Source of the DNA: Methyloligella sp. GL2 | GTDB lineage: Bacteria; Pseudomonadota; Alphaproteobacteria; Rhizobiales; Methyloligellaceae | Length of the DNA stretch: 40,000 nt | Direction: 5' to 3' | NCBI RefSeq assembly: GCF_013341275.1 | Contig: NZ_CP054476.1 | Location: forward strand, 2,118,988 to 2,158,987 | Part shown: in pieces, positions 24,056 to 32,366 of the stretch | How positions within the stretch are numbered: the first letter of the stretch is position 1 | Layout of the letters: the number at the start of each line of letters is the position of its first letter | The notes under the pieces: model-generated | The model's database searches: none | Told to the model about the DNA's origin: nothing | Seen by the model: only the letters and a program-made list of their open reading frames with translations | Program-made: the position numbers and the translations under genes

Positions 24056-24212
24056 GCGTTACGTCGTCGCGTGACCTTTGCAGGTTTCGCCTTTGGGTTT
24101 ACCTCTCACCCGGTTTTCAGCGATAAGGCTGATGGGGAGAGGCCGGCCGGGCCGTTCAAAACCGGCAAGGGATGAGAGACGCGATAACTGGCTTCAAGGA
24201 GATTTTGGCACG

Positions 24213-25109
24213 ATGGCGCACCGCCACATTCTGCATATGCTGACCCCGCTGAAATATATGAGCCCCTTCGACGTCAACATGGCGGTCGATGCCGGGTTCG
24301 ACGTGGTGATTCCCTATACCAGCGTGACGGTGAGCGACGTCGCCGGGCTGGTGCAGGACGCGATCTTCTCGCGCGGGCCCGAAGGGGTGAAGCGCACAGG
24401 CGTGTTCATCGGCGGCAAGAAAGCCATCGAAGCGCTGGACATGATGGACAAGGCCAAGGCGGCGATGGTGCCGCCCTTCGAAATCTCGGTGTTCGCCGAT
24501 CCGGCCGGCTCCTTCACCACGGCCGCAGCCATGGTGGCCTGCGCCAACAAAGCGCTGCAGGACAAATTCTCCACCAATCTCTCCGGCAAGCGCATCGCCA
24601 TCTATGGCGGCACCGGCGTGGTCGGCTTCGCCTCGGCGGTAATCTCCGGGCTGAACGGCGCGACCCCGGTTCTGGTCGGCTATGACGGGCCGGAGCGCGT
24701 GCGGCGTCTGGCGGAAGAATCCAACGCCCGCTTCGCCGCCAATCTGCAATATGCCGACGGCAGCACCGAGGAGCAGAAGACCGAGATCCTGAAAGAATGC
24801 GATCTTACCTTCTCCGCCGGTCCTGCCGGGCGCCAGCTCCTCACCACGCGGCAGCTGCATGAGGCCAAGGACCTCTTGGTCGCGGCGGATGTGAACGCGG
24901 TGCCGCCGGCCGGCGTCGAGGGTGTCGGCATCAACGACAATGGCGAGCAGATCGGCGATCTGAAGACCGTCGGCATCGGGGCGCTGGCCATCGGCAATGT
25001 GAAGTACCAGACCGAGGCCGGGCTGTTTAAGAAGATGATCGAGTCGGACAAGCCGCTCTATCTCGACTTCCGCGACGCCTACGATCTGGCCCAGACGCTT
25101 GCCCCTTAA
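24213..25109 (+). CDS. mtdB: NAD(P)-dependent methylene-H4MPT dehydrogenase
   Basis: N-terminus HILHMLTPLKYMSPFDVNMAVDAGFD, FADPAGSFTTAAAMVA, the Rossmann motif IYGGTGVVG, and DVNAVPPAG. AAGGAG RBS 11 nt upstream of the ATG. Confidence 0.9.
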   Translation: MAHRHILHMLTPLKYMSPFDVNMAVDAGFDVVIPYTSVTVSDVAGLVQDAIFSRGPEGVKRTGVFIGGKKAIEALDMMDKAKAAMVPPFEISVFADPAGSFTTAAAMVACANKALQDKFSTNLSGKRIAIYGGTGVVGFASAVISGLNGATPVLVGYDGPERVRRLAEESNARFAANLQYADGSTEEQKTEILKECDLTFSAGPAGRQLLTTRQLHEAKDLLVAADVNAVPPAGVEGVGINDNGEQIGDLKTVGIGALAIGNVKYQTEAGLFKKMIESDKPLYLDFRDAYDLAQTLAP

Positions 25110-26220
25110 GGACGCCTCCGTCCTGATCGCGAGCGTTTCGGCGCGGAGCCTTGCCGCCGCGGCGCGCGCGGCGGGGCTCGTCCCGCTCACAGCCGATTTC
25201 TTCGCCGACCGGGATACGCAAGAGCTGGCTGCCGCCAGTCTCAAGCTGCCCGGATCGCTGTCGGTCGGCTTTACCGAAGCGCCGCTGATGGAGGCGCTTC
25301 AGCAGCTTGCGGATAAGGCCCCCTCGCCCGTTCAAGGCGTGATCTACGGCTCCGGCTTCGAGGATAAGCCGGAGCTGCTGCGGCGCATCTCCGAACGCTG
25401 GCCACTGCTCGGCAACGACGCCGATACGGTGGACGCGATCAATTCGCCGGATATCTTCTTCGGCGCGCTGGAAGCCCTCCATATCCCGCATCCGGAAACC
25501 TCGCTCACCCCACCGCCCGATCCGGAAGGCTGGCTGGCAAAACGCATCGGCGGTGCCGGCGGCAGCCATGTGGTCTGGGCCGGTTCGGCGCATGGCTCGC
25601 ATGGGCTCTACTATCAGCGGAAGATCACCGGGCGCCCGGTTTCCTGCCTGTTTGTCGGCAATGGCGAGGAGGCGCGTATCCTCGGTTTCAGCATGCAGTG
25701 GGCGGCGAGCACCTCGGGCAGGCTGTGGCGCTATGGCGGGGCGGCGCAGCCCGCCGAGCTCGATGCACCGATAAAGGACGCGATGTCCGGCTGGGTGGCG
25801 CAGCTGGTCTCCCATTTCGGGCTGCAGGGCCTGGGAAGTGCCGATTTCCTCGTGGATCGGGAGGATGCGCAGCTTCTGGAGATCAATCCACGGCCCGGCG
25901 CGACGCTGGATATCTTCGCCGCGACCGAGGCGCCGCTGCTGAGTTTTCACCTTGACGCGGTAACGACGCGAAAGCTACCCAGCCTTCCTGTCCCACCGGG
26001 CGCGGCGGCCTCGGCGATCGTCTTCGCACCGCGCGCCCTGACCATACCGCCGGACTTCGATTGGCCGCCCTATGCCGCCGACCTGCCGAAGCCCGGCGAG
26101 CGAATTGAACAGGACCGCCCCATCTGCACCGTGCAGGCGGACGGCTCCGATGCCGAGGCGGCACGCCGCCTCGCGGAAAAACGAGTTTCGTCTATTCTAG
26201 CCGCGCTAGCGGCCCCCTAG
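25099..26220 (+). CDS. ATP-grasp domain protein of the H4MPT/methylofuran island (373 aa, function unassigned; MfnD-like candidate)
   Basis: ATP-grasp features: WLAKRIGGAGGSHV, YYQRKITGRPVS, GLGSADFLVDREDAQLLEINPRPGATL. TTG start overlaps the mtdB stop. Confidence 0.75.
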   Translation: MPLKDASVLIASVSARSLAAAARAAGLVPLTADFFADRDTQELAAASLKLPGSLSVGFTEAPLMEALQQLADKAPSPVQGVIYGSGFEDKPELLRRISERWPLLGNDADTVDAINSPDIFFGALEALHIPHPETSLTPPPDPEGWLAKRIGGAGGSHVVWAGSAHGSHGLYYQRKITGRPVSCLFVGNGEEARILGFSMQWAASTSGRLWRYGGAAQPAELDAPIKDAMSGWVAQLVSHFGLQGLGSADFLVDREDAQLLEINPRPGATLDIFAATEAPLLSFHLDAVTTRKLPSLPVPPGAAASAIVFAPRALTIPPDFDWPPYAADLPKPGERIEQDRPICTVQADGSDAEAARRLAEKRVSSILAALAAP

Positions 26221-26231
26221 GAGGAGAGCAA

Positions 26232-27206
26232 GTGACAAAGATCAAGGCGCCCAGCGTGAATGCCAATGTGCAGCCCTTCATCGAGGACATGATCGAGGAG
26301 GCCGACGACCTTCGCGTCATCGTCTCCAAAGGCTCTCTCGGCGAGACACTGATCGATTGCGGCGACAAGGCTCCGGGCGGGCTGGAAGCCGGCCGGCGCA
26401 TGGCGGAGATCTGCCTTGGCGGTCTCGGCTCGGTGACCTTCGAGGTTGCCGATGCGGCAAGCCCCTGGGCCTTCAACATCACGGTGCATACCAGCCAGCC
26501 GGTGCTGGCCTGCCTCGGCTCGCAATATGCCGGGTGGAGCCTTTCGGCCAAGCTGGATAACGGCAAGACCTATTACGTGCTGGGTTCGGGCCCGGCACGC
26601 GCGCTCGGCTCCTCCGAGCCGCTGTTCGAGGAGCTCGGCTATCGCGACAGCGCGAAGACCGGCTGCCTGGTGCTGGAGGCCGATTCGCCGCCGCCGCCCG
26701 CCGTGGTCGAGCAAGTCGCCGAGGCCTGCAAGCTGAAGCCGGAAGACCTCACCTTCATCTATGCGCCGACCTCCAGCATCGCCGGTTCGGTGCAGATCGT
26801 CGCCCGCAGCCTGGAAGTCGCCATGCACAAAGCGCATGAGCTGCACTTCCCGCTGGAGAATATCGTCGACGGCATCGCCTCGGCGCCGCTCGCTCCCCCT
26901 GCCCCGGATTTCATCCAGGCCATGGGCCGCACCAACGACGCCATCATCTATGGCGGCCGGGTGCAGCTCTATGTGAATGGAACGGAAGACGCCGCCAAGG
27001 AGCTGGCCGAGAAGCTGCCGAGCTCGGCGTCGAAGGATTACGGTGCGCCGTTCGCCGAAATCTTCTCCGCCGTGAAGGGCGATTTCTACGCCATCGACAA
27101 AATGCTGTTCAGCCCGGCCAAGGCGATGGTCACGTCGCTGGAGAGCGGCAAGAGCTTCGCTGGCGGCGGCATCGACGAGGTGCTGCTCGAGCGCTGCTTC
27201 GGCTAA
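26232..27206 (+). CDS. mch: methenyl-H4MPT cyclohydrolase
   Basis: 324 aa. ACLGSQYAGWSL...YYVLGSGPARAL...IAGSVQIVARSLEVAMHK...GRTNDAIIYGG is the Mch family pattern. GTG start with AGGAGGAG RBS. Confidence 0.93.
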   Translation: MTKIKAPSVNANVQPFIEDMIEEADDLRVIVSKGSLGETLIDCGDKAPGGLEAGRRMAEICLGGLGSVTFEVADAASPWAFNITVHTSQPVLACLGSQYAGWSLSAKLDNGKTYYVLGSGPARALGSSEPLFEELGYRDSAKTGCLVLEADSPPPPAVVEQVAEACKLKPEDLTFIYAPTSSIAGSVQIVARSLEVAMHKAHELHFPLENIVDGIASAPLAPPAPDFIQAMGRTNDAIIYGGRVQLYVNGTEDAAKELAEKLPSSASKDYGAPFAEIFSAVKGDFYAIDKMLFSPAKAMVTSLESGKSFAGGGIDEVLLERCFG

Positions 27207-27231
27207 GCCGCAGCCCTCTCGGATCGACGCC

Positions 27232-28224
27232 ATGACTCACACCGGCGCGCCCTTACAGCCGATCGCCGCCGAGGATACCGGAACCCCGGCGCCTCAGGCG
27301 GCGGCGGACAATGCCGTCCTCGTTTTCGGGGACGGCAAAGATTGGCATGGGCGCCAGCTTGCCAAAGCCTTCAAGGCACGGGGCATCACGCCGCTCAACG
27401 TGCCGCTGATCTCGTGCGGCTTCGATACGGCACAGCCGCACGGGCTGCATATTCCGGGCCTCGGCGGGAAGCTGCCGCGTGCCGCCTTCGTGCGCTTCGT
27501 TCCGGGCGGCAGCTTCGAGCAGGTGACGGTCTATCTCGGCGTGCTGCATGCGCTTCGCGATCTCGGCGTCATGGTGTGGAACGATGCCCGCACCATCGAG
27601 GCCTGCGTCGACAAATCCACCACCAGCTTCCGGCTGCAACGCGCGGGGCTTGCGACACCGCGCAGCTTCACCACATCGAATCGCCAGGCGGCGGAGGAAT
27701 TCGTCGCGGCGCTCACCGCTGAGGGCGCCAAGCTGGTGCAGAAGCCGCTGTTCGGCGCGCAAGGGAACGGACTTCATCTGATCGAGCATGCCGGCGACCT
27801 CGTCGATGACGAGGAGATGAGCGGGATCTACTACCTGCAGGAATTCGTAGCCCCGGCTTTCGACGATCTCTATCAGGATTGGCGGCTGTTCATCTGCCGC
27901 GGCCAGGTGGTCGCCTCGATGCTGCGCCACGGGGTGAGCTGGATCACCAATATCAAGCAAGGTGCGCGCGCCAAGGCGGCGATCCCCTCGCAGGAGCTCG
28001 CCGAGATGGGCTTGAAAGCCGCCGCCTGCGTCGGCGCCGATTATTGCGGGGTCGACGTGATCCAGGGCAAGGACGGCGCCTTCCAGGTGCTGGAGGTGAA
28101 CAGCATGCCGGCCTGGAACGGGCTGCAGCGGGTCACCAAATTCGGCATCACCGAGCATGTGGTGGACCGGTTCCTCGATGCCGCGTTCGGCAGCGCCGTA
28201 CCGCAAAGCCAGGAGGGCGTTTGA
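27232..28224 (+). CDS. RimK-family ATP-grasp alpha-L-glutamate ligase (MptN-like, 330 aa)
   Basis: DKSTTSFRLQRAGLATP, KLVQKPLFGAQGNGLHLI, YYLQEFV, DWRLFICRGQVVASMLR, WITNIKQGA, CGVDVIQGKDGAFQVLEVNSMPAW make up the RimK/ATP-grasp signature. Confidence 0.85.
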   Translation: MTHTGAPLQPIAAEDTGTPAPQAAADNAVLVFGDGKDWHGRQLAKAFKARGITPLNVPLISCGFDTAQPHGLHIPGLGGKLPRAAFVRFVPGGSFEQVTVYLGVLHALRDLGVMVWNDARTIEACVDKSTTSFRLQRAGLATPRSFTTSNRQAAEEFVAALTAEGAKLVQKPLFGAQGNGLHLIEHAGDLVDDEEMSGIYYLQEFVAPAFDDLYQDWRLFICRGQVVASMLRHGVSWITNIKQGARAKAAIPSQELAEMGLKAAACVGADYCGVDVIQGKDGAFQVLEVNSMPAWNGLQRVTKFGITEHVVDRFLDAAFGSAVPQSQEGV

Positions 28225-29078
28225 GCGCCCCGCTCCCAGACGACGTGGTTGCTGAGGCCTTCCGGCAGGCCTGCCTCGCCGAGCTCGATGCGCTGAAGCC
28301 GGGCAATGTGCATCGCCATGCCGGCGGTCATAGCCTTGATGTCGTAGATTTCGAAAAAAGTGCCGATGTCGCAGCCCCTTCGATCGGTGCCGATCTCAGC
28401 GTCGGCGCGCGCATCAAGGGCGCCGCCGAAGCCACCGCCAAGGCGACCGGCACCAACACCAATCTCGGTATTCTCTTGTTATGCGCGCCCCTCGCCGCGG
28501 CGGCGCAGAAGGACAGCAAACACAGCCTGCAGACCCGTCTCGCCAAGGTGCTGATGAAGCTCAGCCGGGAGGACGCCATCGCGGCCTATGCCGGTATCCG
28601 GGCCGCCAATGCCGGCGGGCTCGGCGAAGTCGCCGAGCACGACGTCGCCGACGAGCCTGGGATCACGCTGCTCGAAGCGATGGCCGAAGCGCAAGGGCGC
28701 GACCGCATCGCATGGAACTATACCCATGATTTTGCCGACATTTTCGAGCTCGGCCTGACGCGGCTGGACGAAGGTATGCGGCGCTGGGACGATCTGTCCT
28801 GGGCGATCTCCTCACTCTTTCTCGGCTTTCTCGCCGCCCATCCGGACAGTCTGATCGCGCGGAAATTCGGGATCGACGTGGCGGCCGCGTTGCGCAAGGA
28901 GGCTGTCCCCTTCGACGAAATGCTGGCCGAGACCAACACGCCGGACGAGGTCAGGCCGCAGCTTCTGGCGTTCGACCGCTCCTTGAAGGCGCGCGGCTTC
29001 AACCCCGGCACCTCCGCCGACCTGACGGTCGCGACTTTGTTCGCTGCCTCTTTACAGAGGCTGGAAACCCCGAAATGA
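28221..29078 (+). CDS. triphosphoribosyl-dephospho-CoA synthase (CitG/MdcB)-like protein (285 aa)
   Basis: LDALKPGNVHR, TNTNLGILLLCAPLA and NPGTSADLTVATLF match CitG-family motifs. TTG at 28221 overlaps the upstream TGA. AGGAGGG RBS. Confidence 0.8.
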   Translation: MSAPLPDDVVAEAFRQACLAELDALKPGNVHRHAGGHSLDVVDFEKSADVAAPSIGADLSVGARIKGAAEATAKATGTNTNLGILLLCAPLAAAAQKDSKHSLQTRLAKVLMKLSREDAIAAYAGIRAANAGGLGEVAEHDVADEPGITLLEAMAEAQGRDRIAWNYTHDFADIFELGLTRLDEGMRRWDDLSWAISSLFLGFLAAHPDSLIARKFGIDVAAALRKEAVPFDEMLAETNTPDEVRPQLLAFDRSLKARGFNPGTSADLTVATLFAASLQRLETPK

Positions 29079-29271
29079 TGCCGCACGGTGCGGCGAAACA
29101 ACGGGCTTGCCGATGCGTTGCGCACCGGACTATGTTCCTGCCCGTGGCTCGATGAGAGTTGTGGACAGGGGTCATTTTGAATACCTCTTTCGTGTGTGGA
29201 CCGACCGGTTGCCCAAAGGTGAGCGGCGTCGGTTTTTGTTATGGTTGCTCTAACTAGGGAGGACTTGGTTT

Positions 29272-29781
29272 ATGGCCAAGATCACCAATGTATGTGTCGG
29301 CGAGTCGCTCGTCGGTGAAGGTAACGAGGTCGCTCACATCGACCTGCTGCTCGGCCCGCGCGGCAGCGCCGTCGAGACGGCTTTCTGCAACGCGCTGACC
29401 AACAACAAGGATGGTTTCACCACCCTGCTCGCCGTGGTCGCTCCGAACCTGCTGTGCAAGCCGAACACCCTGCTGTTCAACAAGGTCACCATCAAGGACG
29501 CCCGTCAGGCCGTTCAGATGTTTGGCCCGGCTCAGTACGGCGTTGCTAAGGCCGTTGCCGACTCCGTCGCCGAGGGCGTGATCCCGGCTGACGAGGCCGA
29601 CGATCTGTATGTCTGTGTTGGCGTGTTCATCCACTGGGAAGCCAGCGACGACAAGAAGATCCAGGACTGGAACTACCAGGCCACCAAGGAAGCTATCGCC
29701 CGCGCCGTCGCCGGCGAGCCGAAGGCTGCCGAAGTGACCGCCAAGAAGGATTCCGCTGCGCATCCGTTCGCCGCGGGCTGA
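29272..29781 (+). CDS. fae: formaldehyde-activating enzyme
   Basis: [32 protein letters not shown]...[19 protein letters not shown]...VGVFIHWEA...HPFAA is near-identical in pattern to the Methylobacterium Fae as I recall it. AGGGAGGA RBS. Confidence 0.95.
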   Translation: MAKITNVCVGESLVGEGNEVAHIDLLLGPRGSAVETAFCNALTNNKDGFTTLLAVVAPNLLCKPNTLLFNKVTIKDARQAVQMFGPAQYGVAKAVADSVAEGVIPADEADDLYVCVGVFIHWEASDDKKIQDWNYQATKEAIARAVAGEPKAAEVTAKKDSAAHPFAAG

Positions 29782-29901
29782 AAAGAGACGCCCCCCGATC
29801 GGGGCAAATCCGGCACTTCACCGGGCCCGATACGGCGGTGGTTACAAAAGCTGGGTTTTTGAGTTCTTTTCCGGTGCTCGTATGAGCGCCGATTGAGGCC
29901 A

Positions 29902-30663
29902 CTAGAATCGCCGCCTTCTCCGGAAGGCGGCGATTTCTTTTTGGGTGAGCGCCCCGCTATGCAGCGCGCTGGCAATCAGTGCCCCCGACACCCCCGCCTC
30001 GCGCAAGCTTTCCAGATCGGCGATCCCGCGCACGCCGCCGGCGGCGTAGAGCTTGGTGCCTTCTGGCGCGTTTCGAGCGATCTCGGCGAGACGAGCAAGA
30101 TCCGGTCCGCCATCCATCCCCACCTTGGCCAAGGTCATGACGATGACCCGGCCCGGCCAGTATGCCGGATCGAGCAGCTCCACCGGGCCACGGAAGCCTT
30201 GGGCATCGAAATCCAGCGACAACACGCTGGCGCCCTCCTGGCGGAGGTCTTGCCATTGTTCCAGGGTGCTCAGGCTCTCGCTGCCGATCACCGGCACCGC
30301 ACCGAGCGCCGACACCTGACGAAACGCCTGCACGCCGCTCACGCCCGAATCGAGCCAGAGCTCTGCCGGGCGCAGCGCCTCGGCAATAGCGGCGGCGATA
30401 TCCGCCTGCAGCATCCCCTCCTGAATGGCATCGAGATCGGCGGCGTAGAGGATCGGCGCCTCGGCAAGATCGTGCAACGCGAGGCCAAGCGCCACGGGCT
30501 GGTCCGCCGGCCCGAGCGGCGTCTCAATGGAGCGGTATTCGGCACGGTTTCCGGCAACCCCCCGCACCACCTGGCCGGCTTTCAGATCCAGCACCGGGAT
30601 GGCGGCAAAATCGGACGTGACAGGATCAGACATGACAGGACCAGATATGACAGGACCAGACAT
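29902..30663 (-). CDS. HisA/HisF-family TIM-barrel protein of the H4MPT island (function unassigned; start 30663 or 30633)
   Basis: IPVLDLKAGQVVRG..., LYAADLDAI, VIGSESL, VIVMTLAKVGMDGGPD and LYAAGGVRGIADLESL are HisA/HisF-like phosphate-binding and barrel motifs. Confidence 0.8.
   Translation of the reverse strand: MSGPVISGPVMSDPVTSDFAAIPVLDLKAGQVVRGVAGNRAEYRSIETPLGPADQPVALGLALHDLAEAPILYAADLDAIQEGMLQADIAAAIAEALRPAELWLDSGVSGVQAFRQVSALGAVPVIGSESLSTLEQWQDLRQEGASVLSLDFDAQGFRGPVELLDPAYWPGRVIVMTLAKVGMDGGPDLARLAEIARNAPEGTKLYAAGGVRGIADLESLREAGVSGALIASALHSGALTQKEIAAFRRRRRF
29905..29942 (+). terminator. rho-independent terminator of fae
   Basis: GAATCGCCGCCTTC-tccg-GAAGGCGGCGATTT followed by CTTTTTG. 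The hairpin also encodes the Arg-rich C-terminal tail of the convergent minus-strand gene. Confidence 0.75.
30618..30662. repeat. 3 x 15-bp tandem direct repeat at the 5' end of the HisA/F-like gene
   Basis: tgacaggatcagaca / tgacaggaccagata / tgacaggaccagaca. On the coding strand this gives MSGPV-ISGPV-MSDPV, with two in-frame ATGs 30 nt apart. Confidence 0.9.
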
Positions 30664-30734
30664 GGCAGCGCTTTCTTAGCAGCGCGGCGCTAAGCCATCT
30701 TGCGTCACGGTCCGGTTTGGCGGAGAGAAGAGGC

Positions 30735-31805
30735 ATGAGCGATATCATCGGTTGGGATCTGGGCGGCGCCAATCTGAAGTTTTGCCGGCAGGTGGACGGT
30801 CGCCCCGTTGCGATCATGCAGATTCCCTGCCCCATCATCCCGGACCGGCGCAAGTTCGACGACGCCGCAGAGGCGGCGCTCGCCGCCATGCCGGAGATTG
30901 CGAAGGCCCGCCGCCACGCCGTCACCATGACCGGCGAGTTGTCGGACGTGTTCGAGAGCCGGCCCGAGGGCGTCACCTATCTGGTCGACTTGATGCTGGG
31001 CCTGGCCAAGAACGCTCCGGTCTGCGTCTATGGCGGCCGGGCGGGCTTCCTGAAGCCGGTGGACGCGATCAAGCGCTGGGAAGACGTCGCCTCGGCCAAT
31101 TGGCACGGTACGGCGGCGTTTGCCGCCTCGGTGGTCGGCGACGGGCTGCTGATCGATATCGGCACCACCACCGCCGATCTGATCCCTCTGCGCAAAGGCG
31201 TGCCCTGCCCCCGCGGCTATAGCGACGGCGAGCGGCTAACCGAGGGCGAGCTGATCTATCGCGGCGTGGTGCGCACGCCGGTGATGGCGCTGCGCCCCAC
31301 CGCTCCCTTCCAGGGCCGCATGCAAGGCGTCGCGGCGGAGAAATTCGCCACCCTCGCCGATATCTACCGGCTGACGGGCGCCCTGCCCGGCGATGCCGAT
31401 CCCTATCCGACGGCGGATTCGCGCGGCAAGAGCGGCCCGGAAAGCGCCGCCCGCCTTGCCCGCATGCTGGGTCGGGATCTGGAAGATGCCACCTATGCCG
31501 AATGGGTGGCTCTGGCCGAGTGGTTCGCCGCCTGTCAGTGCGAGGATTTCGTCAACGCGGCCTTCGCGCTGATCGACCGCGACGGCATTCCCCCGGACGC
31601 CCCGGTGATCGGCGCCGGATGCGGCCGGTTCGTGGCCGAAGCGGTAGCAAAACGGCTGCAGCGCCCGTATCGCGATTTCGGCGCATTGGCCGGTGCACCG
31701 GCGGATTTACGCGGAAAAGCCGCCGATTACGCCCCCGCCGTGGCGATGGCGCTGCTCGCCGAAAAATCCTCTGCAACCAATCCGCTGCCCGAAAGTTGTC
31801 TCTGA
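30735..31805 (+). CDS. hydantoinase/oxoprolinase-fold 'H4MPT-linked C1 transfer pathway' protein (MfnF-like candidate, 356 aa)
   Basis: ASKHA-type N-terminus IGWDLGGANLK, then TMTGELSDVF and LIDIGTTTADLIP. ATG at 30735 with GAGAAGAGG upstream. The track start TTG 30717 is possible. Confidence 0.7.
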   Translation: MSDIIGWDLGGANLKFCRQVDGRPVAIMQIPCPIIPDRRKFDDAAEAALAAMPEIAKARRHAVTMTGELSDVFESRPEGVTYLVDLMLGLAKNAPVCVYGGRAGFLKPVDAIKRWEDVASANWHGTAAFAASVVGDGLLIDIGTTTADLIPLRKGVPCPRGYSDGERLTEGELIYRGVVRTPVMALRPTAPFQGRMQGVAAEKFATLADIYRLTGALPGDADPYPTADSRGKSGPESAARLARMLGRDLEDATYAEWVALAEWFAACQCEDFVNAAFALIDRDGIPPDAPVIGAGCGRFVAEAVAKRLQRPYRDFGALAGAPADLRGKAADYAPAVAMALLAEKSSATNPLPESCL

Positions 31806-31872
31806 CGAGGAAACGCCCACGGAAGGGCTAAGGCCTTCTGTCGTGGCTGTTGTTAAGTCGTTGGAGTGACAG

Positions 31873-32208
31873 ATGGGCCGATTCTTCATTGGGACCGCTT
31901 TTGCTGTGGGCGGTCTGCTTGTTCTCGGCGTCGGGCCTGCAATGGCCGCGCCGGGACAAGCGTTGGGCGGTTGGGGGCAAAGCCCCGATCTCCTGATCCA
32001 AGTCGACAGCACCACCCGGCAAATCCGGCGCTTGGAGCGCAAAGGCTTCACGGTGATTCCGCCCGTTCCGCCCATCGTCGTGCGAGAACCGGCGATGGTA
32101 GCGCCGGCAGCGGAGCGCCCGACCTCGTGCGGCGAGTATCACTTTTGGGACGGAACCCAATGCCTGGACGCCCGCTATCACGACCCGGATCTCAGCCCAA
32201 CGCCTTAG
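31873..32208 (+). CDS. secreted hypothetical protein (111 aa)
   Basis: Signal peptide FFIGTAFAVGGLLVLGVGPAMAAP. Pro-rich middle. C-terminal CGEYHFWDGTQCLD Cys pair. GGAG RBS. Confidence 0.5.
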   Translation: MGRFFIGTAFAVGGLLVLGVGPAMAAPGQALGGWGQSPDLLIQVDSTTRQIRRLERKGFTVIPPVPPIVVREPAMVAPAAERPTSCGEYHFWDGTQCLDARYHDPDLSPTP

Positions 32209-32225
32209 CTGGATTGTACAGCGTC

Positions 32226-32249
32226 ATGCCCGGGCGAAGACCCGGGCAT
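32226..32249. repeat. REP-like GC palindrome (ATGCCCGGG-cgaaga-CCCGGGCAT)
   Basis: Perfect 9-bp inverted repeat in a non-coding gap. Flanking strings (gcgtcatgcccggg, cccggcaatgacgcgg) resemble the short extragenic repeats common in Rhizobiales genomes. Confidence 0.45.
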
Positions 32250-32366
32250 CCAGGGGCTGGAGGACTCAGAGTGCGTAGCTCTGGATTGCCGGGCTATTTC
32301 CTATGCGCTACCGCGCTTCGCGCTGCTTGAGCGCGATACCCGGCAATGACGCGGTAGAAGTTTCCC

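Noticed and set aside
24156-27233. Three long minus-strand ORFs (24156-25244, 25027-25950, 26217-27233) opposite mtdB, the ATP-grasp gene and mch
   Set aside because: Shadow ORFs with Arg/Gly/Ala-rich products. The plus strand encodes unmistakable MtdB and Mch sequences.
29200-29241. Hairpin plus T-run just upstream of the fae RBS, considered as a terminator of the upstream operon
   Set aside because: A 6-bp stem with a 22-nt loop is marginal. A terminator here would also leave no room for a fae promoter. It is kept only as a leader-structure question.
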